Part shown: positions 50,510 through 55,959 of the stretch, in pieces | How the letters are laid out: every line of letters starts with the position of its first letter | Numbering within the stretch: position 1 is the first letter of the stretch | DNA from: Octopus bimaculoides | Lineage: Eukaryota | DNA length: 55,959 bases | Assembly (NCBI RefSeq): GCF_001194135.2 | Contig: NC_069000.1 | Span: 21,790,160 to 21,846,118, forward strand | Reading direction: 5' to 3' | Position numbers and translations under genes: made by a program | The notes under the pieces: generated by a model | Seen by the model: the letters and a program-made list of their open reading frames with translations, nothing else | Databases searched by the model: none | Told to the model about the DNA's origin: nothing

Positions 50510-50655
50510 GATGCAGACATGGCTGCATGGTAAAGAAGTACACTTCACAACCAGAAGGTTTTAGGTTCAGTCCACTACTCAGCGTCTTGGGTAGGTGTCT
50601 TCTGTCTTAGCTTTGAGTTTACCAAAGCCTTGTGAATGAAATTTGATTGGCAGGA
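50510..50655 (+). mobile_element. SINE-A first arm
   Basis: catggctgcatggtaaagaag...gtcttgggtaggtgtcttc. Confidence 0.7.
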
Positions 50656-50934
50656 ACAGTGCAGAAAGAGGTTGTTGCAGTTCTTGGTTAGCAGACTTAA
50701 TCAGTTTGTCTTCAGCCAAATTCAGTCTGTTGCAAGAATTCAGGGACAGATTTCTGGTCTGAGCATATCTTCTCTTCCACTAGATTTTGGAGGCCCTGAA
50801 AAGGGCTATAAGTGCTGCTGTTACTCCTCTGAATAAACCATTAAAAAAGTAAAAAAAAAGATTGATGTTCTCCCCAGAAGCAGATTCTTCTCTTTTTTAT
50901 TTCTTTAATTTTTGGTCATAGGTTTTCAGAAAAT

Positions 50935-51200
50935 GACCCCAGTACTTTTGTTGACCTTGGAAAGATGAAAGATAGAGTTGACTTCAGTGAGATTTGAACT
51001 TATAACATAAAAAGTAATGGTTCTTCATGTTATGAGTTCAAGTCCTGCCAAAGTCAACTTTGCCTTTCATTCTTCTAGGATACACAATATAAAATATTAG
51101 TCAAGTGCTGGGTGTGAGTTTGGGGCTCGCTTTAATTGATTCACCTCTGTATCGAAATTTCAGTTCTTGTATCTCAGTTTGAAATGTCATTATTATTTTT
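50935..51200. mobile_element. Two divergently oriented partial SINE-B copies
   Basis: Minus copy ~50935-51008 and plus copy ~51027-51200. Confidence 0.7.
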
Positions 51201-51387
51201 TTTAATATTTGTGAATCTGTGGTTAAAATACTAAAATAATTTGTCTTTTAATGTCAAAATAAGTAAATATTTGTGAATCTGAGGCTAATATTTTGAAGGC
51301 AGTGGGTGGATTAACAGAATTGATAGAGTACCAGATAAATTGCCTTGCAGCATTTAACGTGTGTGTGTATTTATATGTAGATGTGTG

Positions 51388-51426
<39 letters not shown>

Positions 51427-52004
51427 TTTAATAGCAGTTGGACTCTACTCCATCTAACCAAAAGTTTTGTTGTATTGTAGGATTAACCTATCTCATCATG
51501 TATTTAAGGAAGAGTAATAGAAGACAGGTTCATCCAACAAGCCTATGGAACTTTAAGTTATCTGGAGTGGAGTCAAACTGTTATTTAATAGAATATGTAG
51601 CTATTACCAAATGTATTGAGTGCCACTTTCTTTTGTTTGTCCACTTGTATTACACAAACCTACATACATACACATACAACGTTTACTTGTATGCAAACAA
51701 ACTGAAAGAAACCTTTCCTTTATCTTTTTTTAATTAAATTATATTATATTTTTATTCTCATTTTTATGCATGAATATATATATACACCTTTTATATCAGC
51801 CTCACTTTAGTGTATATCCATAAAAGAAAATTTTAAGAAATATTTTGAACAAACACCAAACAATCTCTACCTCCACAAAACAGGAAGTTTCATATCCCTA
51901 CAGACTAATCAAATTGCTTATGGAATAATGAACACCTAGGGAGAATTTGTGAACATCAAAGTACAAGAGATACAACTTTCTATATCAAGACATGCATAAT
52001 TCTT

Positions 52005-52135
52005 GCAATGTTCAAATCCCACAAAAGTCAGCTTTGCCTGTCATCCTTTCAGGGTTGATGAAATGAAGTACCAGTCAACTGCTGGGGTTGACTATAGGTT
52101 TATCCCAAATTTTCTGCCTTGTGACTATTATAAAA
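52005..52135 (+). mobile_element. SINE-B partial
   Basis: gttcaaatccc...ctttgcctgtcatcctttcagggttgatgaaatgaagtaccag. Confidence 0.7.
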
Positions 52136-52438
52136 AAATCATCAATTTTTCTTACGTTTTTGTTTTCTTTCCTTTCCTATATTTCCCTTTTCATTTTTTT
52201 TTTCTGAAGTTTTTTATTTTGGTTGTACAGTCTATAATTAGAGTGTTGTTAATGTTTTATTCTTTGCTGAAATAATCAAGATTCTTTATTTATTGACAAC
52301 TTTAAGGTTAAAATGTCAAAAAAAAATTTTTTTTCTGTTAGCTGGTCTCTGGCCTAAAATATTGATATCTTCTCTCTGTTTAGTCCAATAATCTAAGTTT
52401 GTATGTGTGTGTGTGAGAGAGAGAGAGAGATTCTAATC

Positions 52439-52727
52439 TTCGACCATTTCATTACCATATTTTTAACAAAATACACTGTCTATGGATTTTCTATTAATTT
52501 TGAAAATAATTAAAAATTTGGAGGGATTTTGGAGCTAAAAGCTTTGTCATTATTAAGTGGATGTTAGTCTTTGCCAGAGCACCACCTTAAATATTGAACA
52601 AATTCATTCTAGTATTTACTTTTAAACCTGGTACATATTCTATTGGCCTCTTTTGCAAGATCACTAAGTTATGGGGATGCAAACAAACCAACACTGGTTA
52701 TTGAGCAGTGATAGAGGGTACACAAAA

Positions 52728-52784
<57 letters not shown>

Positions 52785-53063
52785 ATGGGTTTCTTTTAGT
52801 TTCCATCTACCAAATCCACTCACAAGGCTTTGAAGACACTTACCCAAGGTGCCATGCAGTAGGACTGAACCTGAAACCAAGTGGTTGGGAAACAAGTTTC
52901 TTACCACATAGCCATACCTACTTGTAATATAAATCACCAAAAGGCTCTTAAACATAATTAGAGAAGTTTTTTTCTAATTTATAAATGGAAGCATTGAAAC
53001 ACAAGGTTTTGTGTCATGAATCCAGAGGCTAATCCCAGGTGGACTGGTATCAAAAAAAGTTAA
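52439..53063 (+). mobile_element. MITE-2 split by a SINE-A insertion
   Basis: Left half ~52439-52563 (ttaccatattt...ctttgtcattattaag). Right half ~52945-53063, ending ggtatcaaaaaaagttaa. Confidence 0.65.
52565..52925 (-). mobile_element. SINE-A
   Basis: Second arm, (CA)n spacer, then cttacccaaggtgcc...ttaccacatagcc. Confidence 0.8.
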
Positions 53064-53069
53064 TGAAGT

Positions 53070-53270
53070 AAAATAGATACAGAATTGGATGAAATGCTTT
53101 GTGATATTTCTTCTAGCTCTTTGCATTCTGAGTTCAAATTCTGCTGGTGTTATCTATGTTTTATATTTTTCCTCGATTAATAAAGTACCAGTCAGGTACA
53201 TGAAGGCAGTTTAATCAACTGACCCTTTCCCTCAAAAATGCTAGCTCTTTTTCTATATCAGAAATTATTG
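53070..53270 (+). mobile_element. SINE-B, decayed
   Basis: gaaatgcttt...ttctgagttcaaattctgc...taaagtaccag. Confidence 0.65.
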
Positions 53271-53464
53271 TTGTTGTTTGTATTCAATTATGTCTCTTTA
53301 CATACTTTGCATTCAGGGTAGCTTTACCTTTATTGTTGAGGCTGCCTTTAACCCTCTTTTTTCAAGTGTTTAGAAAAAAAGAGGTATTAAGTATGGGTTA
53401 TAAGACACCAGAACATACAACCCTAAACTTATAAAATATTTGATTGAAACACAGGTGTTGGAAG

Positions 53465-53665
53465 TGTGGTGAATTCTGATATTTTGTGAGAAGTGGTGAG
53501 TCCTGGTGTTTTATGAGGAGAGGTAGCTCCTGGTGTTTTGTGCGAAGAGGTCAGTTTTAGTGTTTTGGAAGAGTTGACTCCTGGTATTTTGTGAAGAGAT
53601 TGTAAAAGAGGGTTGATTTCTCGTGTTTTGTGAGGGGAGGTGAATCCTAGTGATGTTGAGGATTT
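53465..53665. repeat. Degenerate ~27-bp minisatellite, about 7 units
   Basis: Units like ggtgagtcctggtgttttatgaggaga and ggtagctcctggtgttttgtgcgaaga. Confidence 0.75.
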
Positions 53666-54278
53666 GTGATATTGAGAGGTGTATTTTGATGATGATGTAC
53701 AAATTTAGTTTCTTGAATTTTATAAACTATGTTTTGCTGCTATAGATCACAAGAAGATTTCTGTCTTACTAGTTGTTTTACTTTTCTTTTGTATAAACCT
53801 CATATAAATTTGATTACAGTTTGAATAACAACCTACATATTTAGGTGACTTGACAATGACTAACTTAAATGCAAGTGTTTTACAAATTCTGACACTGTCT
53901 CCATTCAAACTCTGTCCTGTTGTACAATGTGGCATTAAATACCATCTCAACACTCTCCATCTCAACCCTGACGAAGACATTAAGAAAGGGAAACTATGTG
54001 GTCACTTAACTTACTGGAATTAGTAGCTAAATATCTCTCAAATCAACTCCCTCCCATTATCTTGAAATCGACACATATAATAATGTAATTTTACTTACCC
54101 CTACAAAGATAGGATGATCAAGGCTGGAATTTCGTTGATTATATATTACTCAGTCAGAGTGGATTTGGAGGTTAAACAACAGCAACAATCTTGGTCATTA
54201 ACACTAAGTCATTGTCATGTAAAGTTGGACACATTTGGAATCTTAATGGACTCTGTTCAGACATAAAACACTCTCTTT

Positions 54279-54330
<52 letters not shown>

Positions 54331-54649
54331 GAGACATGCACACCCACATGCAGACACCTAATATAATACTCATGTTATATTATAGTAGACAGAATGAAAT
54401 ACTCTGGCAGATGTGGGTACCATAGTGTGTTTGCAGTACTACCCCTGTGTGAACACAGCTGGTGGTATCTGGTTCTGTTTGAGCAATCTCTTCTCATCAT
54501 AGCCCTACAGTTCTTTCATCACACACACACACACACCTCCCCCATTTTCCACCTTTTCTTTTATCATCATTTTCTATAACCACCACCACCATCTCCATTA
54601 TGGTTATGATCATACTTCCTATATCTTGCTTTCTAAATACAATGTTAAC

Positions 54650-55100
54650 AGCAATAAAATACCAATGTCAATTACATCAACTGTGTCCACCGTTCTTGTC
54701 CTTGACAAACTAACTGACCACACATTTCCAACAAAGAACTGTGTGCACGCATGCATCATCTCACAGCCTCCCACCTCATATCTATTCATCGCATGTGCTG
54801 GAAGGGTCATGTCCTCTGTCTCCCGCTAGATCATTCTACCAGGCATTACTCTCATTTGACATAGCAGCTGCGAGCTGGAAGAGGCCTTGTGGCAGACCCT
54901 GCACCACATGGCTGGATGTGATTAAGGAAGATATCCTAAGGTTCAATGTCACCTTAGAGGATTCAGTGAGGCTGACATGGGACCACCAGCGATGGAGAGC
55001 ACTGGAGGACCTGGTCAGCTCTACGCATGATGATGTCTCTGGGACCATTTACCTGGAATGACCCAGCCTCATCAAGCAAGAGCATGAAGCAATCAAAGTG
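54650..55100 (+). mobile_element. 3' fragment of an RTE-like LINE
   Basis: HISNKELCAR..SHLISIHRMCWKGHV followed by WKRPCGRPCTTWLDVIKED..DHQRWRAL (track ORF 54741-55061). Confidence 0.75.
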
Positions 55101-55364
55101 ATTTCAATAGTCTAACCCCTTTTTGTACTTAAATTTTTCCGTATTTTTTGTTCTAATCAGTTAATCCTTTTGGTGTCAATACTTATTGATGTTTCTTCAT
55201 AACACTTTAAGGCCAAACATGTATTTCAGCTTTCAGTTGTCTTGAGATAATCTGTGAACGAAGTTTAAAGGAGTCAAAGAGGAGACTGTTTTTATGAAAT
55301 AGAAAAAGAAGTGTTATTTAAAATTCTACCAAAGCAGAAGATATAACCTAGATTCAATACACGT

Positions 55365-55722
55365 ATAGGTCCAGACATGATTGTGTGGTAAGAAGCTTGC
55401 TTCCCCAGCCACATGGTTCTGGTTTCAGTCCCGCTCTGCGGTATCTTGGGCAAGTGTCTTCTACTACAGCTTTGGTCTGACCAAAGCTATGTGAGTGGAT
55501 TTGGTAGATAGAAACTGAAAAGAAGTTCATCGTGTTTGTGTGTGTGTCTGTCTATCCGTCCGTGTCCCACATCACTGCTTGATGACCGGTGTTGGTGCGT
55601 TTACATCCCTGTAACTGAGTGTTTAGCAAAAGAGACTGATAGAATAAGTACCAGTCATCCAACCAGTCATAAATATTCTTCAAGGCATTGCCGCAGTCTA
55701 ATGACTGAAACTAGTAAAAGAA
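55365..55722 (+). mobile_element. SINE-A, full length
   Basis: gtgtggtaagaagcttgcttcc...atcttgggcaagtgtcttc...cagtctaatgactgaaactagtaaaaga. Confidence 0.85.
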
Positions 55723-55959
55723 AGATCGGAAACAGGGACAACTGACGAAGGGGTATACTCTTTATGTTGCATGTCTCATTTCTCTGTTTGTTTGTTTTTT
55801 CGTTGTTTGAAAAAAAGTTTGTTTTCTATGTTTTTGTTTCTCATTGTGATCAACGTTTTTTTGATATCCTGTACCAATATATGCATGTATATATATATAT
55901 ATGTAGGTATGTACATATATGTATGGATATATGCATATATATATATATATATATATATA

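Overview
This is eukaryotic, strongly AT-rich, microsatellite-dense draft-assembly DNA with five N gaps. The repeat families look like those of an octopus (coleoid cephalopod) genome, which is an inference from the SINE sequences and not a database result. Only one host-gene piece is recognisable: a 175-nt internal coding exon of POLR2H/RPB8 (shared subunit of RNA polymerases I/II/III) at 50108-50282 (+), with canonical splice sites. Its other coding exons were not found in the readable sequence. The rest is mostly decayed transposable elements: a near-full-length Penelope-like element (RT + GIY-YIG, 30.7-33.9 kb), a second PLE endonuclease remnant, five RTE-type LINE fragments, an R4/Dong-type endonuclease remnant, and two TTAA-flanked piggyBac-type MITE families. 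There are also several SINE families, labelled here SINE-A, -B and -C as my own working names. Nearly all ORFs in the supplied track are microsatellite, N-run or TE artefacts. I did not find a convincing new gene system. The most interesting signals concern TE biology: a covarying 3' stem-loop in SINE-A, a three-layer nested insertion, a 3' tail shared between SINE-C and an RTE LINE, head-to-tail SINE-B arrays, and inverted SINEs around the POLR2H exon. Coordinates of decayed repeats are approximate (about +/-20 bp).
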